Assembly (NCBI GenBank): GCA_043228905.1
Contig: JBHGNT010000013.1
Span: 3,348,001 to 3,412,000 of the forward strand
Source of the DNA: Azolla caroliniana
Lineage: Eukaryota > Plantae > Polypodiophyta
DNA length: 64,000 nucleotides
Direction: 5' to 3'
Positions 1-12,202 of the stretch are shown piece by piece. The translations under genes and the position numbers were made by a program. Position 1 is the stretch's first letter. Each line of letters opens with the position of its first letter. The notes below the pieces were generated by a model. The model worked only from the letters and a program-made list of their open reading frames with translations. It did not search any database and was not told the origin of the DNA.

Positions 1-5
1 GCGAT

Positions 6-2795
6 ATGCTTGAGAGACATGGGAAGGCTTTCGCATTCTTCCCACGAGAAATCGGATGCGCCGACCCAAAGGTTATAGAGGCAATGGTGATCTTCACGGT
101 GCCTCATGTGCCTTGGAATTTGAAACCGATACCGGTTCCGAGAGCACACCTTCCGAAGTTGATCGAGCTCTTAAAGGAGAAGGTGAGTACGGGGATTCTA
201 GAACCGTCGAATGCTCCTTATTCCAATAGGTGGTTCACGGTGCCGAAGAAGAATGGATCATTGCGATTCATCCAAGATCTTCAACCCGTCAACAAGGTGA
301 CAATTCGAAATGCCGGAATCGGTCCGAGCGTGGACGAATTTGCCGAAGCGTTTGCAGGCCGGTCCATCTACTCCATTGGCGATCTCTACTCCGGATATGA
401 CCAATTCCAATTGGCGATCGACAGTCGGGACATTACAACCATGAGGACTCCGATCGGGCTTGTGCGGATGTGTACCTTACCCCAAGGCGCAACGAACTCG
501 GTGGCTCATATGGTGAATGCCATGAATAAAGTCTTGAAGGATTGCATTCCGGACATCACGATGCCATTCTTGGATGATATTCCGATAAAAGGATGTTCGG
601 ATGAGGAGAAAGATGAATCGAAAGATAAGGAAGGTTGTAGAAAGTTCGTTGCGGATCATATGAAAGATTGCGAGAAGGTGCTTCAAAGGCTCGAAGATGC
701 GAATTTGACATTTTCGGGAGAAAAATCCGCATTCGGGCAACCGGAGATCTTGGTGGTAGGTCACTTGTGTGGAGCATACGGCCGGAAGCCCTCGCCATCC
801 AAAGTGAACGCAATCCAAGACATGAAAGAAGAATGCGAAAACCAAACGGAGGTTCGAAGGTTCCTTCGAGCGTGCGCGTTTTATCATATATGGATTCCTC
901 ACTACGCTAATGTCGCCGAACTGTTATATGGACTACTAAAGAAAAGAATAAAGTTCGAATGGCGAGACGAGCACACAGAGGCAATGCGAAGATTAAAGAA
1001 ACTGCTTCTTGAAGCTCCGGCACTAAGGAAGGCCGACTATGCCGAAGGGAAACCAATTTACGTGACCGTAGATACGAGCCCAACCGGAATCGGGTGGGTC
1101 ATCAATCAAGAAGGTGAAGATAATGCGCGATATGCCGTCTGGTTCGGAGCAAAGGTTCTCAGCGAACGACAACAAAGATATGCCCAAGTCAAGCGGGAAC
1201 TTTGGGGTATTGTGTCGGCAGTGAAGACGGACAAAGATTACCTGATCGGGTCAGAAGTGATAATAGAGACAGATTGTCTCCCAATTCTCGGAATGGTCTC
1301 GGGATGTGCGACCCCAGATCTTGCTATGCTAAGGTGGATCGCCTACATCAAGTCTTTAAACCCAGAGATCCGCCACATCGCAGGGAAGAAGAACGCCATG
1401 GCTGACATGCTGTCGAGGGCAAGATTTTCAAATGGAAGTAACATGGTTTCGGAAGATGAAGATGTCGCCCTCAACTTCTTCAAGATGTCTCGATTGTCGG
1501 CGGAAGACCAGGACACACAAACCCTCCACGCCTTCAATGAGAATGAGTACGAAGGAGAATGGTTACTCATCGGTAGATTCCTAAGAACATTGACGACAGA
1601 TGCTTCGTTGACAAAGGAGGAGGCCCTACGAATCCGAAAGAAAGCTTATCGATACTTCTTGAAGGGAGGATTCCTTTGGCGACATCCAAAAAGAAGGACA
1701 GGAATACCACGTCGAGTGGTGGTAAAGAAAGAAGAGCAAGAGACGCTGATGACCGAATTCCACGAGAGTGCTTGGGCAGGTCATAGAGGAACATGGGCGA
1801 CGTTCGAAAAATTGAAGGAGAAGTATTGGTGGCCAAGCATGTACAAAGATGTACTCCATTTCGTGTCCACATGTGAAACTTGCCAAATATATTCAAATAT
1901 ACGTCATCGTGATGAGTTAAAACCGACATACCCACTCACCATTCACTTCAAATGGATGGTGGATCTGGTCTCGATGCCAATGGGAGTGGGACAAATGAAG
2001 TACTTAGTGCTCGCAAGGGAAGACTTGACAAATCAAGTGGAAGGACGAGCCTTGACAAATAAGACGACTTCAGCCGTTTGTAAATTTTTACTTGAAGATG
2101 TTGTTTGCCGATATGGATGTGTAGGGAAGATAGTGGCCGACCGAGGGGAGTTGGACGCGCACGAAGCGACGGAGCTCTTCGAAAGACTAGGTGTGAAGCT
2201 CTCCCTCACGACTGCCTACAATCCGGAAGCAAATGGGAAGATCGAGCGAGGGCATGGACCTATCGTTAAAGCCATCGTATGGGCATGCAACGGTCGAGTC
2301 GGGAATTGGCCACGACTATTACCCTATGCCTTGTGGGCCGATAGAACGACACATAGCTCGGTGACAGGGTATATGCCGACGGAGCTTATGTATGGACAAA
2401 AGCCGATTATGCCCATCGAAAGGACGATCGCCTCATGGGTAGCGATACCGTGGGAGAACGAGATGAGCCAAGAAGAGTTATTAGCGGCGCGGATAAGGCA
2501 ACTTGAAAGAAGACCTGAAGATTTAGAAAAAGCGCGAAAGATGATGAAGGCAGCCCGAGTAGAGAACAAAGTTTGGTTCGACAACACGCATCGACTTCGT
2601 CCCAAGAAGATTGAAGAAGGGGATTGGGTTCTGGTTTACGACAACACCCTTGACAATCAACACAGTACAACAAGGAAGTTCGCAAGAAGATGGTTCGGGC
2701 CGTATGTGGTGACAAGTGCCAACGATAATGCCACATACCACCTTGCGGAACTAGACAGATCAAGGTTGGCTGTACCCATTGCGGGAAAAGAGTAA
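6..2795 (+). CDS. pol: Pol (RT-RNase H-integrase), 5'-partial, element A
   Basis: RT motifs LPQGATNS and PFLDD; RNase H VTVDTS...ETDC...NAMADMLSR; integrase HHCC, D-D-E core (WMVDL, VADRGE, NGKIER) and GPY motif. A probable 1-nt deletion at PIAGK truncates the RVKIFKKR tail seen in element C. Confidence 0.93.
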   Translation: MLERHGKAFAFFPREIGCADPKVIEAMVIFTVPHVPWNLKPIPVPRAHLPKLIELLKEKVSTGILEPSNAPYSNRWFTVPKKNGSLRFIQDLQPVNKVTIRNAGIGPSVDEFAEAFAGRSIYSIGDLYSGYDQFQLAIDSRDITTMRTPIGLVRMCTLPQGATNSVAHMVNAMNKVLKDCIPDITMPFLDDIPIKGCSDEEKDESKDKEGCRKFVADHMKDCEKVLQRLEDANLTFSGEKSAFGQPEILVVGHLCGAYGRKPSPSKVNAIQDMKEECENQTEVRRFLRACAFYHIWIPHYANVAELLYGLLKKRIKFEWRDEHTEAMRRLKKLLLEAPALRKADYAEGKPIYVTVDTSPTGIGWVINQEGEDNARYAVWFGAKVLSERQQRYAQVKRELWGIVSAVKTDKDYLIGSEVIIETDCLPILGMVSGCATPDLAMLRWIAYIKSLNPEIRHIAGKKNAMADMLSRARFSNGSNMVSEDEDVALNFFKMSRLSAEDQDTQTLHAFNENEYEGEWLLIGRFLRTLTTDASLTKEEALRIRKKAYRYFLKGGFLWRHPKRRTGIPRRVVVKKEEQETLMTEFHESAWAGHRGTWATFEKLKEKYWWPSMYKDVLHFVSTCETCQIYSNIRHRDELKPTYPLTIHFKWMVDLVSMPMGVGQMKYLVLAREDLTNQVEGRALTNKTTSAVCKFLLEDVVCRYGCVGKIVADRGELDAHEATELFERLGVKLSLTTAYNPEANGKIERGHGPIVKAIVWACNGRVGNWPRLLPYALWADRTTHSSVTGYMPTELMYGQKPIMPIERTIASWVAIPWENEMSQEELLAARIRQLERRPEDLEKARKMMKAARVENKVWFDNTHRLRPKKIEEGDWVLVYDNTLDNQHSTTRKFARRWFGPYVVTSANDNATYHLAELDRSRLAVPIAGKE

Positions 2796-2968
2796 AGATT
2801 TTCAAAAAAAGACAAGACAAGGATCCTGACCTCGATTACCTCGACGATGAACAGAATAGGGCGGATGAAAATGAAGACATGGAGGAATCTAATTGATCAT
2901 CGTAGCCGAAATCTCAATTCTCCTCTTCTTGGCACGTACCGGAGGACGTGCGGTTTGGTGGGGGTGGA

Positions 2969-3930
2969 TGTCGTGAAGATTTTCGGCAATAGTGTGAAAA
3001 TCCCATAAAACGTACGAAATCGAGTATGAATCACGTAATACAATAATTGTGAAGATAACATTTTTAATATCTAAGTACAAAATGATGGAGGTTTCGAATG
3101 CACTTTATTACACGAGAAATGGACAACTAAATGTCAAGATATGAGGGTATAAAGTTTGTGAAAAGAAAAGAGAAAATTGTGAGATATCCCACATAGGCAC
3201 GACAAATACGGCTCTCATCATATATAAGGTGGAGCAAAAGATATAATCTTTGTGTCTATGTGTGGAGCATAGAGAGTTCAAGGTAACTTGAACTAAGAGT
3301 GGAGGTGGCTAGCTACTCGTAAAGGGTTTTGGCCAACCAAAACCGGACCGGCGATGGAGCCGGTGATCCGACGGCAATCCGGCGACGGTATCCGGCGGCA
3401 CCGGCGTCCGACGACTAGATAAAATAAATATATAAATATATATACATATTTACATATACAAGGAGGGCAAGTATGGATTCGAACCTTGCACCTCCAAGTT
3501 AGGAGTCAATTGGCTTACAATTAAGCCATGCTATTTAGTTAAAATTATATTTCTATCATTGTACTTTTACATGTAAATTCTCATACATGAGAGCTAAAAT
3601 GAGTGACATGGTTAGCATGCACCACATGTAATACTTAAGCGCCAAATGGCAAACATGCAATTTATGCATGTCTTGTACCCTCACATGCATCATATGCATG
3701 AGAGCATCTATAAAAGAGGGAAGGGGGAGGAGAAAAAACACGGGTTTTTTTTATGAAAATTAAGAGGAAGAAATTCGTTTTCAAATCAATCGTGTAATCT
3801 CAATTTCTCTCTTTCCCAATCTATCTTAAGTACTTTCTCGCCAAAGCTTGTATCGACTCTAAATCCTTTTGGTCCAGAACCCCGGCGGTTCCGCCTCACG
3901 ATCCGCGCGTAGTGACGGATCTTCACGACA
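2969..3930 (+). repeat. 3' LTR of element A
   Basis: 12-bp terminal inverted repeat TGTCGTGAAGAT...ATCTTCACGACA; directly follows the PPT; TATA-like CTATAAAAG near 3707. Confidence 0.9.
3475..3528 (-). promoter_or_regulatory. tRNA-like Pol III A-box/B-box module in U3 of LTR A
   Basis: Minus strand reads TGGCTTAATTG(TAAGCC)...GGTTCGAATCC with about 43 nt A-to-B spacing, as in tRNA genes. No full cloverleaf. Confidence 0.6.
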
Positions 3931-4751
3931 ACGGTTTGGTCAACCGGTACAAGGCCCGATTTGTGGCAAAGGGATACGCATAGACGCAAAGAATTGACTA
4001 CAACGAGACCTGGACATGAAGAATGCGTTTCTTCAAGGTGACCTTGAAGAACAGGTCTATATGATCCAACCCCCCAGTTTCCGATCGGAGATGAACAAGT
4101 CAGTAGTGTGCCGACTCAAGAAGTCGCTTTACGGTCTGAAGCAAGCCTCCCGAGCTTGGAATGTGAAGATCACGCACTGGTTGCGTAAGATGGGGTTTGC
4201 GGCCTCAAAGTTGACTCTTCACTGTTCATCCGGAAAGGTCTAGATGGTCCGGATTGTATCCTGCTATATGTAGATGATTTAGTCATCACTGGACCCGGAC
4301 TCGATGAAATCAACGGTCTGAAGTCCCAATTCTGGGACACATTTGAATTGAAGGACCTGGAGCACCATCATTATTTTCTTGGGATCGAGGTGATCCGGAC
4401 CCCAGTAGACATATTGCTCTCACAAAGACACTATGTGTTGAATATGTTGTACAAGTTTGATACCCCTGGACTGGAACCTGAAGCTACGTCCCGACTCAAG
4501 ACCAGTTTGTGATGAGAAACAGTTCCGACAAATTGTCAAAATCCTTATATACTTGACGATCACCTGACTCGATATCAGTTATCCAGTTGGGGTGATCAGC
4601 CAGTTTATGCAGACACCGACCGTGGAGCACCGTCAATGCGCACATCGACTATGGCGATATGCGAGCGACACGAAGGACCGGGGACTGTTATACCAAGATG
4701 GTATAGCCGAAAAGCCATTTGGATATACTGATGCTAACTGGGCTAGTGATG

Positions 4752-5173
4752 TGTAAAGGAATACGTGTGCGGAAACGTATGCGTAAGACACAGAGTACAC
4801 AGTTTGGAAGTAGGACAACTCGGTAAAATGCAAAAATCACAGAGAAGAAGAGGGAGAGATAGAGAGAGAGTAGAAACAAAACTATATTCAAAATAATTCT
4901 CTATATGTTCTCTGTACATACTTCATGCTCAGTGAGCACCTTTTATACAAGCCTTGACTATTGGGCTGACACAAGTACTGTCAGTACTTGACCGCTCATA
5001 AATGAGCATCCTACACTTACTCCCAAAATTATTCCTTGTGAGGAATAACATTCTAACAGCCTCTCGGTTTATGCACCGCTACGGCCATGTTGTACGTACA
5101 ATTTTACGCACCCAGTCTACGCACTGGGTTACGCACACGTTTATGCACCCAATGTTGATCTTGTATCTCAACA
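4752..5173 (-). repeat. 3' LTR of copia B
   Basis: TG...CA ends, similar to 9994-10407; adjacent PPT (reverse complement GCTTGAGGGGGAG). Confidence 0.9.
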
Positions 5174-8100
5174 CTCCCCCTCAAGCTCAACTTGAGGTTC
5201 CCCGTGCTCTTCCGGATCCTCACTCCGGCTTTTCCTGGCTTTACGCCTCGCTCGCGCTCCTTCAGCCATTTGATTCCGCGTGCCTCGACCCTTTCGGTCG
5301 GCTTGTCTGCTCGTGTGGCCCTTTTCAGCTCCCTTGCTATCGTGGTATTGGTACCTCTTCCGATTGGCTCTCAGGTGATTCAGCATGTCCGAATCAAACA
5401 TTTCGATTGAATCGGTCAGTACCGACTCGTTTCTGCTCGCGTCCGAATTGGCTGTCTCCAATTCATCTTCGGTCTTCAGGACCTTGAGAACGTTAGACCA
5501 CGTCTTGGTCTCGGCCTTATCTACCCTTTGTTTGGCTATCTTCGGCTCTTCGCGGCGGTTCCGGCCCTTGCTTACTTCTTTGGCTCTTCAGCCGGCCCAA
5601 AATCGAATTCTTCATCCGATTCTGCATCGCAGTCATTACCGCTCCTTTCCCGTTCACACTCCGGTTCCTGTCTCCCCTTCCATTTCGGCGTGTCGAGGTG
5701 ACGCAAGCCCAGCTCACTCGAGAGATACCACAACTTGACGAGACCAAGGGGCTTGGTGAAGATGTCAGCAATCTGCCGACCCGTCCGACTTCATAAAAAA
5801 GGACACGCTCTCGGACAAAATGGTAGTGCACCTCAATGTGTTTGGTCTGGGCGTGGAATAAAGGGTTTTTCGCAAGGTGGACACTGCTGAGGTTGTCACA
5901 ATAGATCATCGTCGGATCGGACACCTGCACATGCAGATCCCGTAATAGCCGTTTCAGCCAAATGACTTCGCACGTAGCGACAGTCGCCCCGCAATATTTG
6001 GCCTCTATGCTCGACAGTGCTACTGTCTTCTGCTTCTTACTGCTGCACGGGATCGCCACAGTTCCCAATGAGAATGCGTATCCGGATGTGGATCTACGAT
6101 TGTGGGCATTTCCAACCCAATTGCCATCCGTGTAGCCAACTAATTGTTCGGTTATGCATGTCCGATACAGCAATGCCATGTTTTTAGTGCCACTGACATA
6201 TCGCAATATCCTTTGCACGCACTAAAAGTTTTGCCCATGGGTTGCAACATAACTTGACTGATCAAACCGACCGGGTAACTGAGATCCGGCTAAGTGATCG
6301 TCAAGTAGATTAGGCTTCTGACAATTTGTCGGAACTGTGTCAGGTCGCATGCCTTTCCCGAATCTCGGTGAAGCTTTATGTTTATATCCAGAGGGGTCGA
6401 GATGGGCCTACAATCTGCCATCGCGAACTTAAAGATCATATTCAGCGCGTAGTGACGCTGGTTGATCAATATGCCTTTGGGAGTGTGGATCACATCGATC
6501 CCGAGAAAGTAATGAAGGTCACCAAGATCCTTCATTTCGAATGTGCCACAAACTAAGACTTGACGAGGCGGATTTCTTCTAGGTCGGCACTGGCGATGAC
6601 AAAATCATCAACATAAAGTAAAAGACAAACCGCTCCATGTTGACCTTGCCAAACGAACAACGAAGAGTCCGATCTAGACATTGTAAACCCCATTCTATGC
6701 AACTGTTGCGCAATCTTCGCGTTCCAAGCTCATGGCTTGTTTAAGTCCGTATAATGCCTTCTCCAATCGACAAACAACCGAAGTGTTCTGTTCGGATAGA
6801 AATCCGGGCGGTTGTACATGGTACAACCCCCTGGAACGCATTTTTTACATCCATTTGATGTAAGTGACACCCCTTCTCCACTGCTATGGCTAGTAGAACG
6901 CGCATCGTGGTCATATTCGCAACCGGCGCGAACGTCTTGTCGTAATCTACGCCGTGCTTTTGCGCGTAGCCTTTTGCAACCAAACAGGCCTTATATCGAT
7001 TGACGAGCCATCGGTGTTGTATTTCACCTTAAACACCCACTTGCATCCGATCGACTTTACACCTTTTACGTGCATCAACAAGGTCCCAAGTCTTATTATC
7101 TGTTAACGCGCGCATCTCTTCCTCCATCGCAACACGCCAATTCGCATCTTTCGGCGCTTCTGCGTGGCTCTCCAGCTCATGCACTTCCGCCACTCGTGTC
7201 ATGTTCACGTAATGTTGCGCCATGTATTCATTGTACCCGTATGTTTTTACAGGGTTCTTCAGGGGGGTAGATTGGTGTAATTCGTGATTACCCGATTTCA
7301 CGACCATTTCATCCGATTTCGACCTCTTTCGCATAGGCTCCTTCTTGATTGGCCCAAAGTCAGATTCGTTCCGTTCTGACTCGGCACTGCCGAAATCGTA
7401 TTCCGACATTTTCTTCTTCCCTTTTTCTTTACGTGGGGGCAACACGGCCGAGTCTCCACTACTTGCCAACTCTTCATTTGGTTGGCCATCTTGGCTCAAC
7501 CACTCATTCAACCCACTTAGCTGAAATGAGATCGGACTATCTGTCAGAGCTCTGATTTCCTCATCACGTGGTGGCATCTTGGCCTCTTCTTCAGAATTCG
7601 GAATGGAGCCATGAGGTATTGGGGGTGAAGGCAAGTACCACAAAGAGGACTCGTCGAACACGACATCTCAACTTACGCGAACTTCCTTTGTTCGGGGGTT
7701 ATAACACTTATACCCCTTCTGCTCGTCTGAATAGTCGACCAAGATACACTTCTCGGCTTTGGCGTCTGGCTTTCTCCTCTTCTCCTTTAGCACATGCACA
7801 TATGCAATGCTTCCGAAAATCCTTAGGTGTGCCAGGTTCACCGTCTTCCCGAAATACAACTCATGTGGCGACACTCCTCCATTAGCAGAAGTCCGATTCT
7901 GCAAGTAAATAGCCGTCCTTACGACTTCAGCCTAGTAAAACTTCGGCATATGCTTCTCTCCAAGCATTGCCCTGGAAGTTTCTTTGATCGTTCAATTCAT
8001 CCGCTCGACCATGCCGTTCTGTTGCGGCGTGTATCTACACGAGAATTCGCGTCGAATCCCTTCCTTCTGTAGGTAACTTGTGAACTGGTTGGAGAAGTAC

Positions 8101-9890
8101 TCCTACCCACCATCGGATAGTAGGCACTTGATCTTACACCCATTTTCCCTTTCCGCAAGGCTCTTCACCTTCAGGAACCACGCGAAGACTTCACTTTTTT
8201 TTGCGATCAAGCACGCCCATGTGCCGAGTGAAGTCATCGACGAAGGTTACAAAGTAATGGCTTCCTCCGATGCTCACATTCTGTGCCGGTCCCTACACAT
8301 CCGAATGGATTATGTTGAGCGTATTTCGACTCGTTGGGGAACGGAAGTCGGTGTTGCTTCCATAGTTGGCAGGGTTCGCAGACTTGACCATTATGGCCAC
8401 GAAATTTCGGCAAACCGAAAACAATGTTCTTCGTCTGCATTTCACAAAGCCGTGGGAAGTTAATGTGGCCGAACTTCTTGTGCCATAGGTCGATATCGAT
8501 TCGACCTTCTGTCCTTTCGCGAACAGCGGGGTTCTGGCTTGGTTGGTGTCGTGGATGAACATCCTTCCTTGACGGCGCCCTTGCGCGATAACTTAGCCGT
8601 TGTTTTCGATGTAGCACCCAAGGTGTATGAATCGAACTGGCATCCCTTGAATGACGATCTGACCGACCGACACCAGGTTCTTGGTTATTATGACACGTGC
8701 AACACGTTCATGAGTTTCCCTTTCTGCTAGACATGGCTGAGGGGAACTTCGCCGACATGTTCGATGGTATGCAGAGTGTCGTCTCCCATTTCGACCACCC
8801 CTTGTTTTTCCGGTTTCTCCAAGTCTGAGAACCATTCCTCATGACTCTTCATATGATTTGATGCTCCGGAATCAGCATACCATACCTCGCTCGATTTCGA
8901 GATGTTCATGGCAATCGAATTGGCCTTGTGCTTAATCACGTAGGCTGGGCTTGATCCATTTCTGGCTCGTTCGGAGCCTTCAGTGTAGTGCGACCTCTAA
9001 CACCTCTCTACGTCTCTTCCGCACAATCCGACTTTGTCCGGATCGGCTCTCTTCTTCCAACACTTTCTCTTCTTGTGGCCTTTCTTGACATAGTACCAGC
9101 ATTCCATCGCGACAATCTCTTGCCGGTTTCCACCGCCGCCATGACTCCCCCTTCTTCTAGAGGGTTCGGAACTGCTTCCAATATTTTGATTATGCCGCAC
9201 ATTCTGCTCTTTTCGCCCGTCTCCATTGTGCACCGATCCGCCTCATCCACCACGACTACGGGGCCTATCTTCCTCCATGTACAATATCCTGTCATCAGCG
9301 TGCGTACTCGTCGACACACCTGTGTGATTTTCCTCCACGAGCAACATCGACTAAAGCTCGAAGAATGAAGGCATATTCTCCCTTGTGCATACTGCCGTTC
9401 AGAATGGTCCGAACTTTGATGTTATCCCTCCAAGACAAACCTGCACCATTTCATTTTTCTCAACGTTCACATTGACGGAGACGAAGGAATCACAGATTTC
9501 CTTGAGTCGGGCCGTGTAATTAGCCACAAACAGATATTTCTGTCGGACATTGTTGAGCTCCTACTTGAGTTGCAGCTTCTTGGACGTTGTGCTAGAGGCA
9601 AACCTCCTCTTTCGATTCGCCCACGCGTCCTTTTCACGTCTTAGCATCCTGAATGTAGGTCAAGATCTAGTCGCTCACACAAGACGCAAAGCAGTAAAGA
9701 ACTCTGCTTGCCGCTTGTTCCCAAGCCGAAAAATCTTTGTGTGTCAATTCGGGTGTTGTATCATTAGCTCCTTCGACATAGCTCTAGTAACCATGACCAA
9801 GCAGGTACTGGTGCATCTTGTACGACCAAGATGTGTAGTTGCTCCTGTCGAGCTTCTCAGTTGGTAGCGAGCTTCCCATTCCTCTGTCCA
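5174..9890 (-). pseudogene. Copia B gag-pol, multiply disrupted
   Basis: Fragments: zinc knuckle CWYYVKKGHKKRKC, PR WYADSGASNHM, LWHKKFGH, RT VAKGYAQ and QMDVKNAF, RH HAQTKHIEVHYHF; many stops and frameshifts. Confidence 0.88.
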
Positions 9891-9981
9891 TATTGCTGAC
9901 TTATCCTTTCCGAAAACAATAACTTAACTCTGTCTTTATCGCAAGCTTTTCTGTCGGCTATAGACGAGTCTCAACCCTCAC

Positions 9982-9993
9982 GCTTTGATACCA
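9982..9993 (-). other. Primer binding site, tRNA-iMet (copia B)
   Basis: TGGTATCAAAGC next to the 5' LTR; one mismatch to TGGTATCAGAGC. Confidence 0.85.
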
Positions 9994-10407
9994 TGTAAAA
10001 GAATACGTGTGCAGAAGCATATGCATAAGACACGGACGGAGTACACAATTTGGAAGTATGATAGTTCAGTAAAACGAAAAATTCACAAAGAAGAAGAGGG
10101 AGAGACATAGAGAGAGCAGAAACAAAACTATATTCAAAATAATTCTCTATATGTTCTCTGTACATACTTCGTGCTCAATGAGCGCCTCTTATACATGCTC
10201 TGACTATTGGGCTAACACAAGCATTGTCAATACTTGACCGCTCATAAATGAGCATCCTACACTTACTCCCAAAATTTTTCCTTACGAGGAATAAAATTCT
10301 AATGGCCTCTCAGTTTACGCACTACTACGGCCATGTTGTGCGTACGGTTTTACGCACCAAGTCTACGCATTGGGTTACGCACCCAATGTTGAGCTCGTAT
10401 CTCAACA
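9994..10407 (-). repeat. 5' LTR of copia B
   Basis: Direct repeat of 4752-5173. Confidence 0.9.
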
Positions 10408-11924
10408 TGATGCATCGGATTGCCGATCCACCTCCGGTTACATGTATTCTCTTGGTAGCACAACTGTTGTATGGAGCAGCAAAAAGCAGCCAACAGTGGC
10501 TCTGGCTCTGTCGAGCACTGAGGCTGAGTACCGGGGCGCTACCATTGCCACCTGTGAAGCCATCTGGCTTCGGCGATTGCTGCGAGACCTCCAGATTGAG
10601 GTGCCGACCCCGATACTGATTTTTTGTGATAATGTAAGCAGCATACAAATCGCCATGAACCCAGTATTCCATGCTCGGACAAAGCACATAGAAGTGCATT
10701 ATCACTTTGTTAGTGAGCGGGTCCTGAGCAGTGAAGTTGAACTTTGGTATGTTCACACAGATCGGCAAGTTGTCGACATCTTCACCAAGCCGCTCGAAGT
10801 GGAAAAGTTACAACATTTTTTGGATATGCTCAACATTCATCATCTCGATGTGCTGCACTTGAGAGGGAGAACGGGAAGGGGAACGGATGGCACCGGAGAA
10901 GGAGCTGGAGAGGAAGAAAGAACCAAGGGAGGACATGAGAAGATAAAGGAAGTCGAGCTAACCGAAGGAATCGGCATATCCGAAAAAGTCGGAGCAAGCG
11001 GCAGCGGCGACAGAATCAAGAAGGACAGAGCCACGGGAAGAAGGCCAAGACCCGGATGTGGTCCAATGTGGTGAAGGGCCTAAAAACGGAAGAAGAGTTG
11101 GAGACTATCAACTCGAACAAGAGCTAGAATGAATCAGAGGAAGCCGATTCAGTTCAACAGTTGGATTTAGTCAAGCGGATGTGTGAAGGCAGCGGAAGTC
11201 GACACTGACACAGAGGAACCGATGGGTCGACAAGCGCCGGAGTCATAGCAGCGAAGGAGCTGAGATGGGCTTGTTGAGCATACAAGCCGACCAAGGGGGT
11301 CAAGGTGCAAGAACCAGACAGGTTGTGGGAAGTAGAACCAGACTGGATGAGGAGCACGAGCAAGGCGGGAGGACGTCAGAAGGAGCCGGAGGAAAGGACC
11401 GGCCACTGCAGACACTGACACCACGATCCGACCTCAAGTTGAGCTTGAAGGGGAATGTTGAGCGAGCAAGCTCAACCATATCCGGATCGGTGTCCGGATG
11501 GTATCTGGAACCAGGAGCCGGATCGGAGAGCCAGATTCAAATGTGAACCGGAAGGCTAGTAGTAAGTAGCCTATACTCCTAGACTACTAGGTAGTCCGAG
11601 TCCTCGTAGTTAGTGTCACCCCCTCGTATGAGCATTGAAGTACATAGTACTTCTGCTAGTCCTTTTGAGGACTTGTATAAATAGTGTTGCTTAGCACGTT
11701 GTATACAGAGAATGATATTGAGTGTTATTTTCTTAATAGATTTTATGTTCTCCTCTCTCTGTCTCTCCTATGTATGCTAAATACTCTCAAGCTTCCATTG
11801 AATCTGTGTCTTTATCCTCTGCTGCTACCCAGCTAAACCGGTGTCGTAGTGTAGGTTGCACACTATGTGGAAATTATATTTTTGTCCCTCCGGATAGAGA
11901 ATGGAGTGCCTGGTGGGAACCGGA

Positions 11925-12090
11925 AGAAAACGGCATACCGGCAAGGAGGAAAACGGCATACCGGCAAGGAGGAAAAACGGCATACCGGCAAGGAGGAAAA
12001 CGGCATACCGGCAAGGAGGAAAAACGGCATACCGGCAAGGAGGAAAATGGCATACCGGCAAGGAAGAAAACGGCATACCGGCAAGGAAGA
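11925..12090 (+). repeat. 23-24 bp tandem repeat x7 in U3 (AAAACGGCATACCGGCAAGGAGG)
   Basis: Seven CATACCGGCAAGG cores counted. Confidence 0.95.
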
Positions 12091-12148
12091 GCTGGATAAA
12101 GAGACATAAATGTAAAAAGAAAGGAAATGCTCACTACTGCGCAGGGCG

Positions 12149-12202
12149 TGATTCGAACTCTGCACCTCCACGTTGACAAACCCCAACCTTACCATTACAT
12201 TA
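12149..12202 (-). promoter_or_regulatory. tRNA-like A-box/B-box module in U3 of LTR C (also in the 3' LTR, about 18669-18722)
   Basis: Minus strand reads TAATGTAATGGTAAG...GAGTTCGAATC with about 43 nt spacing; shares GGAGGTGCA-GTTCGAATC with LTR A. Confidence 0.55.

Larger units (their letters stand above)
1..3930 (+). mobile_element. Ty3/gypsy non-chromovirus element A, 3' part (5' end outside window)
   Basis: pol ORF, then a G-rich polypurine tract (PPT; GGTTTGGTGGGGGTGGA, 2952-2968), then an LTR ending at 3930. ACGG and copia RT sequence follow. Confidence 0.93.
4752..10407 (-). mobile_element. Full-length decayed Ty1/copia element B
   Basis: Paired LTRs, 5-bp TSD TGATG (4747-4751 and 10408-10412), iMet PBS, PPT, and gag-PR-INT-RT-RH order. 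Confidence 0.93.

Noticed and set aside
10370-10412. Novel N-terminus on the 234-aa ORF 10370-11074
   Set aside because: Chance read-in from the copia B LTR into the interrupted RH of B0.
11770-12195. Repetitive ORFs in all frames (also 18359-18715)
   Set aside because: By-products of a stop-free 23-24 bp minisatellite.
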